Of a DNA stretch of 64,000 nucleotides, positions 43,875 through 57,745 are shown in pieces. The stretch spans positions 62,001 to 126,000 of the forward strand of contig JAQGDQ010000079.1 in the NCBI GenBank assembly GCA_030141605.1, read 5' to 3'. The stretch is from Tubiluchus corallicola. Taxonomy: Eukaryota > Animalia > Priapulida. The notes under the pieces were generated by a model. The model was not told where the DNA came from, did no database searches, and saw only the letters and a list, made by a program, of their open reading frames with translations. Positions within the stretch are counted from its first letter, which is position 1, and each line of letters starts with the position of its first letter. The position numbers were made by a program, and so were the translations under genes.

Positions 43875-45670
43875 GTTTTTATGCGTACGAAATGAGGCGT
43901 AAATGAGCCGCTTTTAAAACTTGCGCCCAAGGTTGGCAAAAAACAAGAAATTAACCAAACTTGCAAATAAGTTAGCTTATAAAATTTTGCAAGGAAACCA
44001 CAAAGATTTCTGGAATAATATTAGTTACGAAACGAAGTAAACATATTGCTGTGGGTCCGAAGAATATTTGTTCTATGTGGGCAGATATTTACAAAAAACT
44101 GTTTAATTCGATTGAATATGAACACTATGAACCAATCCTTAAAACCAAGTTTACAGGAAACGTTGACCATATTTATCACATAACTTACTCAGAAATGAAA
44201 AATGCCGTCTTCCAGCTCTCATCTAACAGAACTCCTGACGAGATGGTATCTCCGCGGACATTATAAACATGCGTCAGACAGGTGTGTTGTGCTTTTATTT
44301 TTGTGTTTTGGTATTTTTGTTGTACATGTGCATATTTTTTACTTGATAATTTAATGGCTTCAGTGTTATCTCCTGTCGTAAAAGATAAGAATAAAAATGT
44401 TAACCTATAGCCGTTTCTACTGCTGCAAACAAAATTTTTGAGTTACATTTATGTATTCTACATAGTTATGAGCATTGTTTATTAACAACAGACTATAACA
44501 ATTTGGGTACAAAAAAGGTTACACTCATAAAAAAGTTAGTGACTTTTACTATAGCTACCTTGTACGTATCATATATGTGTATCCTGTACGTATATGCTTT
44601 ATAGGTGCTAGCTAAGCATGTGATCGTATTAATTACCATAAATTGTTCCCAAAAGTTATAAATAATACTGATATACCAAACTTTATTGTTAGACTGTTGT
44701 ATTTTTCGTATAGCGAACAAACTATGTCAGTTAAATGGAATGGGTATATCTCTAGTCATTTTACTAATGAATGGGGTAGTTCAAATCAGCTTCCTTTCGA
44801 GTAAAATGTTTTATTTTCACTACCGTAATCTAAGCGAGGCACTTTCTCATGCCGGCTGGTTGCCCCATTAGCTGTAAGATTGTAAATCATTTAACATAAT
44901 TTTTTTATGCTGATGACTTATATATTTTAGTTACAAAAATATCTGCCGTTCAGGCTCTTATAAACTGTTTTGCCACTTATGCTACTAATCATAATATTAC
45001 AGTAAATACAAATAAGACAAAAGGTTATGACAGTTAGGCCTAAGTTTGTCTGACATAATTTTTCAAAAAATAACTTTTAATGGCATTGTATTAAATAAAA
45101 CTATCAAAGAAAAATACCTTGGGTATTGGTTAACAAATGATAACAGAGATATGATAATGCAGAAAGGTAAATTGTGTGCTCGCATTAATTTGCTCATATC
45201 GACTTTCTCTGCTTGCAGTCTTACAGTAAAAATATTTTTAAAGCATTTGCACTAAATTTACGCTTTATCATTTTGGAGACGAACTTAAAACCACAATCTC
45301 ACAAATATCAGAGCTGCACTTAATAAAAGATTAGCCAAAATTTTCAGGGTCGAATGTCTGTACACGTCAAGCAGAATTACAGCCAAATTAAATTTGCCAC
45401 ACTTCAAAGTGCTAGAAAGAAGGTGTATTTAAACTACCATGTGCTATACAATGAAAATAATTTTGTTTTAGCTAAAATTGTAAATAGTGACATATACTTG
45501 CATTCTTTAATGTGGGTCAAGTAGCAACAAGCTATTCGTTCATTAAGTTTATATTAACTTGTAATTTGTCTTTGTAAATATTGGTATGTAATTCGCAGGT
45601 TCTAAATTTTTATAATTGTGTTTTACGCTACACGGACGAAAAATCTGAAATAAACGTGTCAAATAAAGTC
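43875..45670 (+). mobile_element. decayed non-LTR retrotransposon (reverse transcriptase remnant)
   Basis: Frameshifted RT-type fragments in the expected order: KDFWN, WADIYKKLFN, SPVVKDKNK, FGYKKG, ASKACDRINY, VKWNGYIS, YADD (~44906), KYLGYWL; AATAAA-containing 3' end. Confidence 0.8.
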
Positions 45671-48600
45671 ACTGTCTATATATACGCATGTATGATATTG
45701 TTTATAACATGCTGGTAGATGGCACCACTTACATGCGTAAAAAGGAAAGAAATCGAACAACTGGTTCAGAGCTATTAGACTTCTTAGACGTTCTATTTGC
45801 AGCCCCTATTGTACGAAAAAATTCCCAACTCATATGTCAAAATTAAATAAGATATGATGACGATATGATAAGTTGAAAACAGAATACTAAGAATCACGCT
45901 ATAATTACAGACAAAGAAACTGAGCAGTGTTAAAAAACGAAATCATCAAGGAACAACGAATCATGGAGGCCATGAGATTTACCACCATCGAATTAAACTT
46001 GCACCATGGATCATGTTGCGTCCCGAAAAAATATTTGATTTAAAAGACCTTTGTTGATATTATTCGTAATTGATCCTTAATTAATCGTAGGGTATGTAGA
46101 CCTTACATTTTGACTGATCTAAAAAACCCTAATAATCGTTACGCACTGCGTTTGTGTATTTGCCACCAAAAGTCGGCAACAAACATAAGAATCGCATGGC
46201 GGACAATGGCAGTCATGAACGCCCAGTAAGGGGTCAACTTGGAAAACAGCTAATGTGATAGTGATGATTTTGTAGTACATTCCGCTGTCATGTTTCCTGT
46301 CCTTGCTTGAGGTTAATGTGTTTGTCGCAGTTAATGCCATGACGGGTGTATTTAGAATTAGAAGCGCCCAAAAGAAATGATTAAAACCAAAACATTAAGC
46401 CTATCATAGTTCTTGTATACATTATTACAGACTTAATGTCGTTGTCGTCTAAGACATTCTCTATCATGTAGAGTCAAAACAGATAATCGATCCTCGAATC
46501 TAGGATGGATATAAAATAGAATGGGATGCTGCGTTAGATCCAAGAAATCCAGGCTTCAAGTTTAAGGTCGGACTGACAACACGGAAATGACAGCAGCATG
46601 CAGCAGCCACAATGATAAGGACAACGAAAAGTGTTTACATTAGTTGTGCCCAACAAACACAAGTGAAAAAATAAAACTTCATAATCTATTTGTCTAGATA
46701 TTATGAAAATTTCTGGAATGATTGAATATTTTCATAGCAGATTTTCCACCAATCGACAGAGAATTTTGAGCAAATTAATGAATATCCTTGCCTAAATTTT
46801 TTTATTCAACAAGGCTACGTATCAATTAAATCCACTAAACACAAAGAAGTGTGAGAGAGAACAGAAGCCAAAATAACATCAATTGGTTGACACTTGTAGA
46901 AATGCAAATGGAAAAAATGCAGCAAAACTTCTAACCTTGATATATCCCCCTGGCAGAAGTTGCAAGAGATAAAAAAAATGCACTAAGATTTAAAAAAAAT
47001 TATTTAACAAACTAACAAAAATGCCATTTATGGGATTCTTGTCACTAAGGCTAAACTTGTAGCAACCGAGTTAGGAGCAACTGTACTATCGCAGAACAGT
47101 TTAATTTCTCAAACTTACTTCTCTATGATTTGTTTGCTAGCAATCCGCCTTTCTCTTGATTGGCCAATGTAACAGAAGCCTTTTTGCATTTTTTTTTGCT
47201 TTTTGTTAATTCATTTCGTTTCTCGTCAAAGTTTACGTACATACGATTTGAAAATAACAAACCGCAGTAAGTGCAGTTCAATTTTACATTCCAACTATTT
47301 AGTAAGTTTTATTTTACGTCTATGTCTAAGATTTTTTTAGTTCATTTGTTTTTTATGCAGGTAGTTAGGATTCGAAACTAAGTTGCCGTGATCGAGAAGA
47401 TTTCCTAAACCAATTTCCGACTTTCCCGTCGGTTCCCTCTAGAGAGGCCGTGCATGTGTTTTACACTTGAGTGACGACGATCGGCAGCTTTCGTTTAATT
47501 TCCTTTCGACGACTGGCGAATGTTTCTGTGTGTGTTGTGCTGGTCTTACATTAATATACGTGTATTTAATGTGAATGGAATTCTATTTTTTCTATATTTA
47601 TAATATTTGTTAAGTGTCAATTACGTTTCTTTGTTGAACATTTAACATCGTCAGAGTGAGTGACTCTTTCAGTGAACTTAATTAATGTGTGTATATATGT
47701 TTGGCTAAACTTTCACGGCTTTGGTCATAACCGTTGTAAGGGAGATATTGTATTAAGTTTTTTTTTTGAAAATTGAACAAGACTGCATGTCCTGATAGTT
47801 ACAGCCAGCTAACCGGATTACGAATAGCGAAATATATTACCGGACTATAAAATATCCAGAATCGTTTTGGTGAGTTATTGTATATTTTTTACCAGAAGTG
47901 AGAATTAAGTTCATTTATTAATTTATTATAACCTGTTCACAAGGTTCTTCGTTGGTCTTGTTCCGTGACGTGATCATAATTAAGCTGTGTAACTTCTGTG
48001 CAATTTTATTTGAGTTAACTGTATTTTTAAATATTTGGCTGTGTTAATGCGCGTATCTTTATGTTAACATCATAATCGTGCTTGTTTATTACAAAAATTA
48101 CTAATCGTCTTGTGAAGATTAAATGTTTTGGCATGTATATACGCCAGAAATTAAAAGTAACTGTTCACTCACTACTTTTACTGCTGCTTTTAAATCAAGA
48201 GAAGCCATATCTACGGGTAACAAAACTTGAATTATATTAACCAGTAACCAGCAAATTTTATAATGATTTATTTTTGAGAAACAAGGGCAGAGTGGGTTAT
48301 CGCTCAGAGAAGCCATTCATGCTAATTTGTGCTAGCTTAGTGTACAAGAATGACGATGCTTTCTTTAAGAAGGCGACAAAACGTCTATTATTATAGTGTC
48401 AAAGATGAAAGGCCACAGACAATTGAATTACAAAGTAATGTGTACGAACTTATAAACTGGACTGATAAACTCGGACATTAACTTTGAATTTGAACTTATT
48501 TTTAAATAATAGCTATTGTTTACTGTCGCAACTATCGTGCTAATCTTACTTATTTAATGCTAAATTCTAGTTGTTAACTATTGTTAAATATTACACCGCG

Positions 48601-51169
48601 CAGTTTTTAATGAAGGCTTTCAAGGACGTTTTGAATCCGTGCATAACTGCAGCTAGGGCTCTACATATGTGAAACTTATGTGGTTCAGATCAAGATATTT
48701 TGGGAGCTTCTTTATGCAAGCTTGCGCAGTTACATGTGTAGCTAAAGGAACTATAGAGCCAGTATGGGACTCTCTAGTTATAGGTTCAGTGCATGAGTCT
48801 TAATATTAAAAAAGATGTAGCTGGCAATTGCATAAAAAGCTATTACACTTAATCACGACATGTTAATCTAACTAAACACATTATACTGATCTGAAGTTTA
48901 TAGCAAATTAAAATGTTGTTGTTAATGTTGTAATATAGTGTAGTTGGAATTTTACGAGTGATCTCTTTGTTTTTTAATCACACCACTAATTGTCAAATAG
49001 TACTGTCACTATTGGTCGCTTTTGTAATGATATTCTTTCAGATGACGTCACCGACTCACCTCTGCTTTGCCGAGCCATTTTCTAGTAAAGAAATTAACAT
49101 TAGAGAGCCTAAACATATTATGAGCGCTGATTATGGCTCGTTGAAATGTGTATTTTTCAGAATTTCATTAAGCTTTATTATAAAGTGTTCTGTATATCGT
49201 GGAATTTTATTTAACTGAAAAAAGAACTGTAGGTCCTATATATTTTTGTAATGAATAGAGCTTTTAAACTGTGTTTTTAGCCTGTTAGGTGTAGCTAGCT
49301 ATTTTTGCGCGTTCTGCATATGAATGATTTTTTTTACCGTGTAACCAGTCTATTGGCCTTCCGGCGTTGCTTAGTGTGCACAAAAGATGTAAAAGAACGG
49401 CCCATGCATACATACAAGGTTACAAGGGCGGTTTAATTTCAACGAGCTGTGGGATACGTACTGATGTTCGTAAATGTAAAAATACGAACTAGAAACTTAT
49501 CCTTTCAGAATTGTCACAGATTGGTTTAAACGTTTTGCAGTGTTCACGCGTATGATATCCAGTATAGGAAACTACTATGGTTTTAGTGCAGTGCATACTG
49601 CGTAATATGTACTGGTACATATATTAAAAACAGCTTTAGCTTAGATGTAAAGGCCGGGCAAGCTACAAAGTTCTGCAAAATACACATATTCCTCCATTGA
49701 TTAGCTTATTACTACAAAATTTTAAATGGACGATTTTTGGATGAATTGTCGACAGCCAACGTTTTTTCACTTGCCTCTGTCTGTAGCTATACTGATAGAG
49801 TTTCACGTTGTTTTCAGTTTTCATGTAACGTTCAGCAATTATAGCGACTGCGTAGCTAGCTATTATTCTGTTTAAAAAGCAGCCGACCCCGAGGTTAGAC
49901 AGAACAATCTGGCATAGAAAATACGTCAATTACGAAATTTCAGCGGTTCACTCGCTCAGCGCGTGGTCAAGTACAGCAGCAAGGTCCTATGGGTTTGTTC
50001 AGAGTCAATGTGGTGTTATCTGTACTATCACCAATATTAAATTTATCTCTTGTTGAATGACCTGCTTGCCAGAGATCAGTAGATTTGGCAAAGCTATGGA
50101 ATTTGCAGACCAAATTTAGCATTTAAGACGTTTTATTGTAGTTGCACCTAAATAATGTAGCATTTGTAGACTATGCTGAACAGCCGGTTATAGGCTTATA
50201 TCATTTTTTCTTCCGCCCTCTTATGTGCTGAATTCTTTACTAGAAAGTAGTTACTCTGTTAACTACAACTTCATATCAAACGCATACCACCTAGCAAGTC
50301 AATTTGTGTTTTTCTTCATTTCACTTTCTATTACAACTTAGACAACGTCACTACGGGTAATCAGTTATCTGGGCGGTCCTGTTTTAATATAGCTACATAC
50401 ATGCTACCTTAATGATGTTGCCGATATAGTTGTCAGGTTTGCATGTTTTAGCGTTTTCCAGACCGTCCAGCTTATTCTGTAACAAGACCTGGTAGAAAAC
50501 ATTGATTATGCAAGCGTGGCTTGGCACCCCGATGCTGCCATAACAAGATGACAAAGAGACTACCATCCCTTACACGACCTCTCCCTTAGACAAGCTGCCT
50601 GACTGGCAGGATGGGAAGACAAAGCGCCTTGGTACAGTAAAACATGAACAGCTTGTTAAGGGTGTTGAGTAGTTAGCGTTAGAACAAAAGTTGAGTGGTG
50701 TTCAGTCTCCTGTTGTGAAAGTGTGCCTCTGAGTCTGTGAGTAGAGTTGTTAATGAACGTACTCAATGCTTTGCAACTTACACGGTAGTAGATCTTGGGT
50801 TGTTATCTGTAAATTATATTATTTAGATATATTTTTTCGTTTTTGGCAAAGATTATAGTGCAACGGAGGGCTAAGAGCCTTCGTTGGGTGCTGCCAGAAA
50901 CACCTCGAGATTTCAATTGCATTTTTATTTTAATTGACTATAACCCAGAATCTAAAATTACGTATCCGGCTTTTAGTGATTTTTAAAATTGTTCTTTAAA
51001 GGTATTGGATTACAAAGAATAGAAATGTAATTAAATTTTGTCAGCTGGTATCTATAATAGTAATCTTTATTGACTGTCGGTTTTTAAATGAACAGTTAAC
51101 ATAAGCTCAAAGAGCTTTTCGCCAACTGTAAATAACAATTCCATAACAACGTAACAGACTATTATTATC

Positions 51170-51305
51170 CGGCTTTTACCCTAAATATCATGTGCCAGGC
51201 AGGGTAACAGCAGGTACCATTTTTAAAGTCTTTGGTATTCCCGGCCGCAGTATCAAACTCACGACCTACCAGACGGAAAGTGGAAAAAGCGGACACGTTA
51301 CCCCT
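51170..51305 (-). mobile_element. tRNA-derived SINE fragment (Meta-domain-like)
   Basis: The minus strand reads gtgagtttgatactgcggccgggaataccaaagactttaaaaatggtacctgctgttaccctgcctggcac: a B-box-like head followed by the ACCAAAGACT..AAAA.TGGTA core I recall from MetaSINEs. Confidence 0.65.
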
Positions 51306-54300
51306 AGATTATACCGTCTGCTTCAAACTCAACATGTAGTGGCCTAAATGAACTCAAACACTTAAACGTAGGTGACGTGCTGATAGTAACTGAATGATTT
51401 GATTTCTGAAAGGAAATAAATTTTCGGGGAAAGCCAACTTTGCTGTCCTGCATGTTACTAAACTCTGATTGATTATGGCACTGTTGTAGGACACTGTAAT
51501 TGATTCTGAGGACTTAGGTTCAATTAGGTAAAGCACGTTTTTACCTGTTAGTGGCCATCCAATGACTACACCACATGCAGGATATTACAATGATTTTTAC
51601 TTTCTTCACGTGCTAGCACGTAGTTTGAATACTTTCTGTCGTCCGCGTCTATTATTATGCGATTATAATTATGGTCATAAATGCGTAAATCTTCATGTTT
51701 AGCCATGTTAACAAAATGGGCATTATTTTATTTTCTGTTGTGCAGATGTCGAAAGTATAACAAGTGTATTATTAGCTGAAAACGTGTATGTACATTATTA
51801 TAAATCATTATAGGTTTACATGATATTGCTTCCATGCAATTTCTAAGCGGTTTCTTCCATGTAGAAACTGAGAGAAGTACACGTATCGTTATTTTATATT
51901 ATATTATATTTTCATCATTACCTAAAATTATTATTTTCATTCATATGTGTGCTGCTATGTGAAAAATGTAATACATAACGCATTCAAGTTTGTGGACATG
52001 TTGTTTCTTATTCCCAGTACATTGCTCCCCAGTACGGTACATATAAAGGGGAGACCTTGACACAAGTGATTTGCATTAGGAACGCTGCCTACTTCATGCT
52101 GCATCGTTTTTCTACTCCAAACATCATTAACCTGATGAACTGGCGTCTCTGATTTCGTTCATGAGAGAGAAGTGGTTTGTTTAATCGCACGTGGTATGAA
52201 TTAGACTCTGTGTGCTGCATGCGGTCCCATCATTTTTCTAAATCGCTGCTTTTTTTGAAACCTGACTGTCAGTTCCTCATTATTTTCATTTTTTACTCAA
52301 TGCTGTTTTATGAGTCCTCGTTTCTTTGTCACTTTGCAAGACAAATTCAGATTTATCTGCAGTTAGTGACTATAGTGTAGATGTGCCCGGAACACAGAAC
52401 ATTTGTGTTCGAAACCCATTTTATAGATTTGTTCAAGTTTGTTTTCCCGTACATGCACATATCATCAGTACTTCTGTGGCAAACTCTGTATTATATTAAA
52501 AATAAAGTATATGTCTATATAATAAATTTCTAAGCCAGGGCATAATGAAGTCTCTACATGTAGCACAGACCAGTGGCGATCACAAAATTGGACAAAATTT
52601 ATCAGGGTTTTAGTTTGCTTCGTTTAAGGCACAAGAAAACCCTCAACTTACATAAAACTTAAAAAATTCGCATTGAAATTTTATACCACTTACATACTGC
52701 CTTTTTGCATATTAGACTTGCGTCGACGAAACACGACACTGTAAAACATGTAAATTTAAATTCCCGCGATGACAGTTAGACGCGACCTTTTGACGAAAGT
52801 CATTTGAAACAAGTTCTGGTAACATTGAGTAAAGTTTTAAAAAATAATCAGAGCATTCGTAACACACACTTCACTAACTAAATAAAATTTAGAATTACTG
52901 TATCTTGTCAATAAGATTAAAATACGTTTTTGGTTAGTGCACCCTGGAGGGTGAGTCAGCGACATTTTACCATTTGGTGAAAGCATTTTAAAAATTAAGT
53001 ATTTTTTTGTAGTTACATTAAGTCTTTCAATCAGGTAAGCGAAATGCTAAGTAGTATAACATTGCATAGAAAGGTTTTTGGGACATAGTTTAACATTTTA
53101 CTTTTCTTCCTCCGATTGACGTTGTGCGTATATGACGTCATGTAATGGCACGGTCGGAAAAGTATTGCCGGAAATTTAAAATGCAAACAAACAAAAATTC
53201 CTTTCAACAAGAGTACGATATATGCATAAAATTGCTATAAAGTAATATAATTTTTAAGGCGCTTTTTCTGAAACCGACTTGAGGTAGCCTTTTTACTTGT
53301 CCTTTAAATTTGAAGCGTACTTACTATTGCCTATAGTAATATAGGCCTATATCTGAATAACTAGTCCATCCTTCTCTTTGCTAAAGACTAGATGTACAAC
53401 TCAATATTTTTCATGCATAATTTTACGTTTTAAATCCCGTTACATCTGGTAAATTTGTCATATATAAGCCTGTACTTTTAGCTTGTTATACCTGTATATG
53501 TACTGAGTAACGGCACATATAATTAGTGCAAACTTAGCAGGTTAAGAAGTTCAGTTCGGTGCATTTATAAGACGTGACACGTGAACAGCTAAAATCCACA
53601 TTATTTTTTATTTCAACAGCTTTTTAACCTAATTTGTCAACAAAAGTTTTTCTTAAAATAAAAGAAGTTCGTGAAACTCGGTTAGTGGAGACGAATGGTT
53701 TTAATATGGACCGGAATTCTTATTGTTGTCGTCTCAGCAAAAGCTTTTGCATTTGTACCGTGACTAACAAGGTAGCTACTGTCTTACATCTGCTGTTTGC
53801 GGCTATTTAGCAAAGCATTTTTTCCGGCATTTCAAGAAATACGAGTAAAAGCTCTTAGACTGATCCACTTATGGGTCGAACGTCTGACCCTCTGAATGTC
53901 CCAAGCTACAGTTGACAATCTCAGTCTTGTTAACCTATTTGTGTTGATTTTTTAAATAAGATTACACCGTACTATGTTCGTCATCATCAACATCTCTTAA
54001 TGTGTGTTTACCTTGATGCCACTCAGCTTTACATTTGTAGTTTAAATATATTAATTTTTTGTGTTGTTTTTTCTTTAGCTGTGTTGTAAATTTCTATTGT
54101 AATTGAAAATAAACTAAGTTTGAAGTTTGAAAAAATGTATTTTATGCTAGTCACTCTACAAATGTGATTACGATGTCTAACATGGCCTACAGCTGTACAT
54201 TCTCCTGCCCCATCCCATTCGTAATTCAGTATACAACTTCTGCCTCTACTTAGAATCGCCCACAGACATTCCAAACAAGTTAGACAGGCTCTTATCTTTT

Positions 54301-57300
54301 TCGTCTTGAAAGCATTTCTTTTCTTAAAATAATGCCACAAAGTTTTATTATTTGTTATGGCATGCGTGTTTTTCTTGGAGCACCTGTTTCAGCATTTGTG
54401 TGTTTCAGACGCTTGAGGAAGAGCCAAAAACAAAGTGACATATTTAGTTGTTTTTTAAACGGTTTCTCCCAAAAAGTTCTGGTTTGCCTATTGTAGTGTC
54501 ATATGCTTATTATTTTTAAACTGTTTACTAATGTTTAGAAATTAAGTCAGAGAAGTATCACAGTGCAGTAGAACATTAATGTTTTTTTCAAATGAATTCA
54601 ACGAGCTGATGCAGATCATTCAAAAATTTGCATACTCCTTAGAACAAAATGAATTACCATTACCTAGTTTCATTGTGCACCTGTAATTAATGACTGTCGG
54701 CCTCGTCGGCATTTTTGAAGCGATGTAACAAAGCATGGGGGTCCTCATTCGTCCATTTATCATAAATGGTACAGCTCGATTTTTCGATTACTGAAGCTTT
54801 TCAATTTACAGACATTTATCTTAAGGTATAGTGCTTTAAAAATTGCACTTTGCTTGTTCCAGCAAAATCACGAGTCATCCCGAACTTTTTATTACGAATC
54901 TACAGATACTGCATGAATTACAACGTTTCGTATATTGCGAATCATGCTAACTGGTTTTACGGTTCAATCAAAGTGTAACGAATGCTATACATGTCGCTTG
55001 AAAGTCGTATCCCCGGAATTTTTCCACTCAAGCTTCTTTCGAAACTTAAAAGGCATTTTGCTTGTTACGCTTTCTCGGCGCTAAAGCTTATTCTCGTTTA
55101 ATGAGTGGTTTTGTAAAAGCTTTCCATCTAAAACTCGATTCGTGAATGTGAGGCGTTTGTAATCGCAATTTCCAAGCGAGCGTATTATTTATTTAGCACA
55201 GTAGGAACAGAATGATGAATGGGAAACTATTGCGCACTGTAGATTTGATGCAATTTATTTCAAGTTTTTTACCCTTTTTTGTTTTGATATAGCCATCCCG
55301 TTTCACTACAGTTATAGCAGCTTGTGCGCAGTATATTGTAGTATTATAAATGTGTGGTATGAGACAAATAAATTAAATCTTTCATTTAATATTTTTCAAA
55401 GTGGTATAACGTGTCTCAACTTTGATTGATAAACATGAAGAACTCATCATTACTATTAACACAACCCTATCATTAACACGGCACAGAAAGGTAACTGTAG
55501 GGGCGCATACTCACATTCGATATTTGCTTAGCAGTTTCTGGGTCAGAGTTTTGGCTTGTACACTTTGAAATCTTGCTAATTAATTTTCAATCGATGCGCG
55601 ATAATACTTAACGCAAATAAAATATTTTCGGCATTGTGACAATTACTACTTCCTGACCCCAGAGAAAAAATAACTTGTGCAGTTTATACAGAACGTAACT
55701 TGAGCAATGAGGAAGACGAGTTTATACATAATCACGAGTATAAATAATCGCTGTAATATCGGTTCAGAGCAATCCTGCAGAACGTATTTTTGCGATACAA
55801 AATTCTTTGATGTGGAGATCTTCAGTTTAAATTAACATGTTCTACCTTTTTCATTTTGCTACTTTATGCTGATTGAAATTAATTAGTTTTGCACTTTCGC
55901 ATTCTGGACGTGCTGTTCTTTTATCGTTATGAATTTATAATATGCTGTGTAATTTGTGGAAGTATATTACTGCCAGTCAGCGTTTTTGGAAAACGTGACT
56001 TTGGCCACTTTAAATCAATCAGCCTGCCAAAATTGTCTGAACCAACTAATTGTTAGCATTACAGATCAGTAACAATTTGGTGTACAGTAATGTAGCTTCG
56101 CTAACTGTATACGTCAGTCAATTTGGCAGTTTTGTGCTCGTGTTTGCATAGTTTTTACCACTGTAATTTACTTCCGGAATGTGGCTCATATCATGATTTG
56201 CATTTATGTGTAAATGAGTAACTATATAACTTGTATATGTCAGCTGAGCAAAGGTTAAGTTGCTTTTATTATTGCTAAAAAGTTACCAAATTTTACCGTG
56301 TTTAGCTGCTACCATGTCAATTTACCAATTTTATAAGTAATTTCAACAACTTGAATAATTTTGCATTAAAGCCTTTTTAAAGCTTTTTTTTCTTGACAGC
56401 AGTCCAGTTGTGTTTAGATTACTTTTTGTGGTGCTTTTTTGTACAGATCATCCCAAACGAGGTCATTAGTAAAAGACTAAAAGTCAGAAATTGAGAAATT
56501 AATACAGGTCTGGAAAAAAGATTCTTATAAGTAATTTGCTAGCGATCGTAGGTTGGCTTACTGCTTATTCTTTCTACTTTTAACCATTGAGGTTGTTTGT
56601 AGGTAATATATGGTAAAGAATTCTACATATAGAGTCCAGATGAAAAAAAATTGTTTGTAAGCAGCGAGCATCTAAAAAATGTTCAGGATGAAATTGTGAG
56701 AGCAGCAACAAAACGAGTACTCCAAGCAAAGCGATTTAGAGATATTGAGAGATCCTTCCACGAAAACTGAGGAAAAAATAAAGAATTATAATAATTTCAC
56801 GAAAACAGTGATAAAGCGCTCCTTCCTTGAGAAAGATGTAGCAGACTCCCAAGTCAGACTCGACTATGTGGAGTAGTTTGACAATACGATTTTACGATTT
56901 TGCAATTGGGTCCATTGAGTTAATATCGCTGACGCACTATCCCAAATGAGAGTGATTATGAGAGTGCAGCATTCTAGGCAACGTCATATATTTGATTTTG
57001 TTTCAGTTGCAAAGAAAAGGAACGTGCCGTACTACGTTTTTACAAATTGGCTGTCCAATTTAATAAACATGGATACTTATTTATAAATAGATATAAGCAC
57101 TCAAAGCATTACAGGAACGACACTTTCGAGGTTAAGTTAAATCTTTCCACCCTTACAGCTTCATTTCTTAGTAAACTGACTAACCGCCAGCGGATTAAGT
57201 ACAGTAATGTGATTATGTAAGCTAAACCACAATAGCAAAAAAGATTCTAAACTGTTTTGCAATAACACCAACGTTGATATTCACAACCTTTTGAATTTCG

Positions 57301-57494
57301 TGCTTCATGACTGTGCTGTGTTTGTATAATCTGTCACTGATTGACATTAATCCAAGTTGTGTTAGCAAAGCTTGTGGTTTAATATTCTCTCAGTGTTGTT
57401 CATACACAATCTTTCTTAACTACTTCTAGACCAAACATCTTTTTCTAGGTCTAACGACGTATTTATGTTGGACTTGCGTTTTGTTTGTGTTTAC

Positions 57495-57745
57495 AAGCGG
57501 GAAACCTCCTGTTTCCGGAAGTATGAACGGAAGGGAATTCCCTGTGAGCAGTCTCAGGAAAAGTGAGTTGGCAGTCTCACTCATTATAGGGAGGACTCTG
57601 CAACTATCGAAGTTAGGAACGCTGAAAGTGAGGGAAATGAAGCTGCGACTTTCTTGTGTCGAGGTAGTGTTTCCGTGTTTGCTGAACTTGCAGGAGCAGA
57701 GTGCATGGGCACAGTGTAAAATGTCAACTTTACACTTCCGTCGTC
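57495..57745. promoter_or_regulatory. candidate enhancer: cluster of NF-kB, ETS and IRF-like motifs
   Basis: GGGAATTCCC at 57533-57542, CCGGAAGT at 57515-57522, GGGAAACCTC ~57499, GAAAGTGAGGGAAATGAA ~57624 and CACTTCCG ~57733, within a GC-richer island. Confidence 0.35.
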
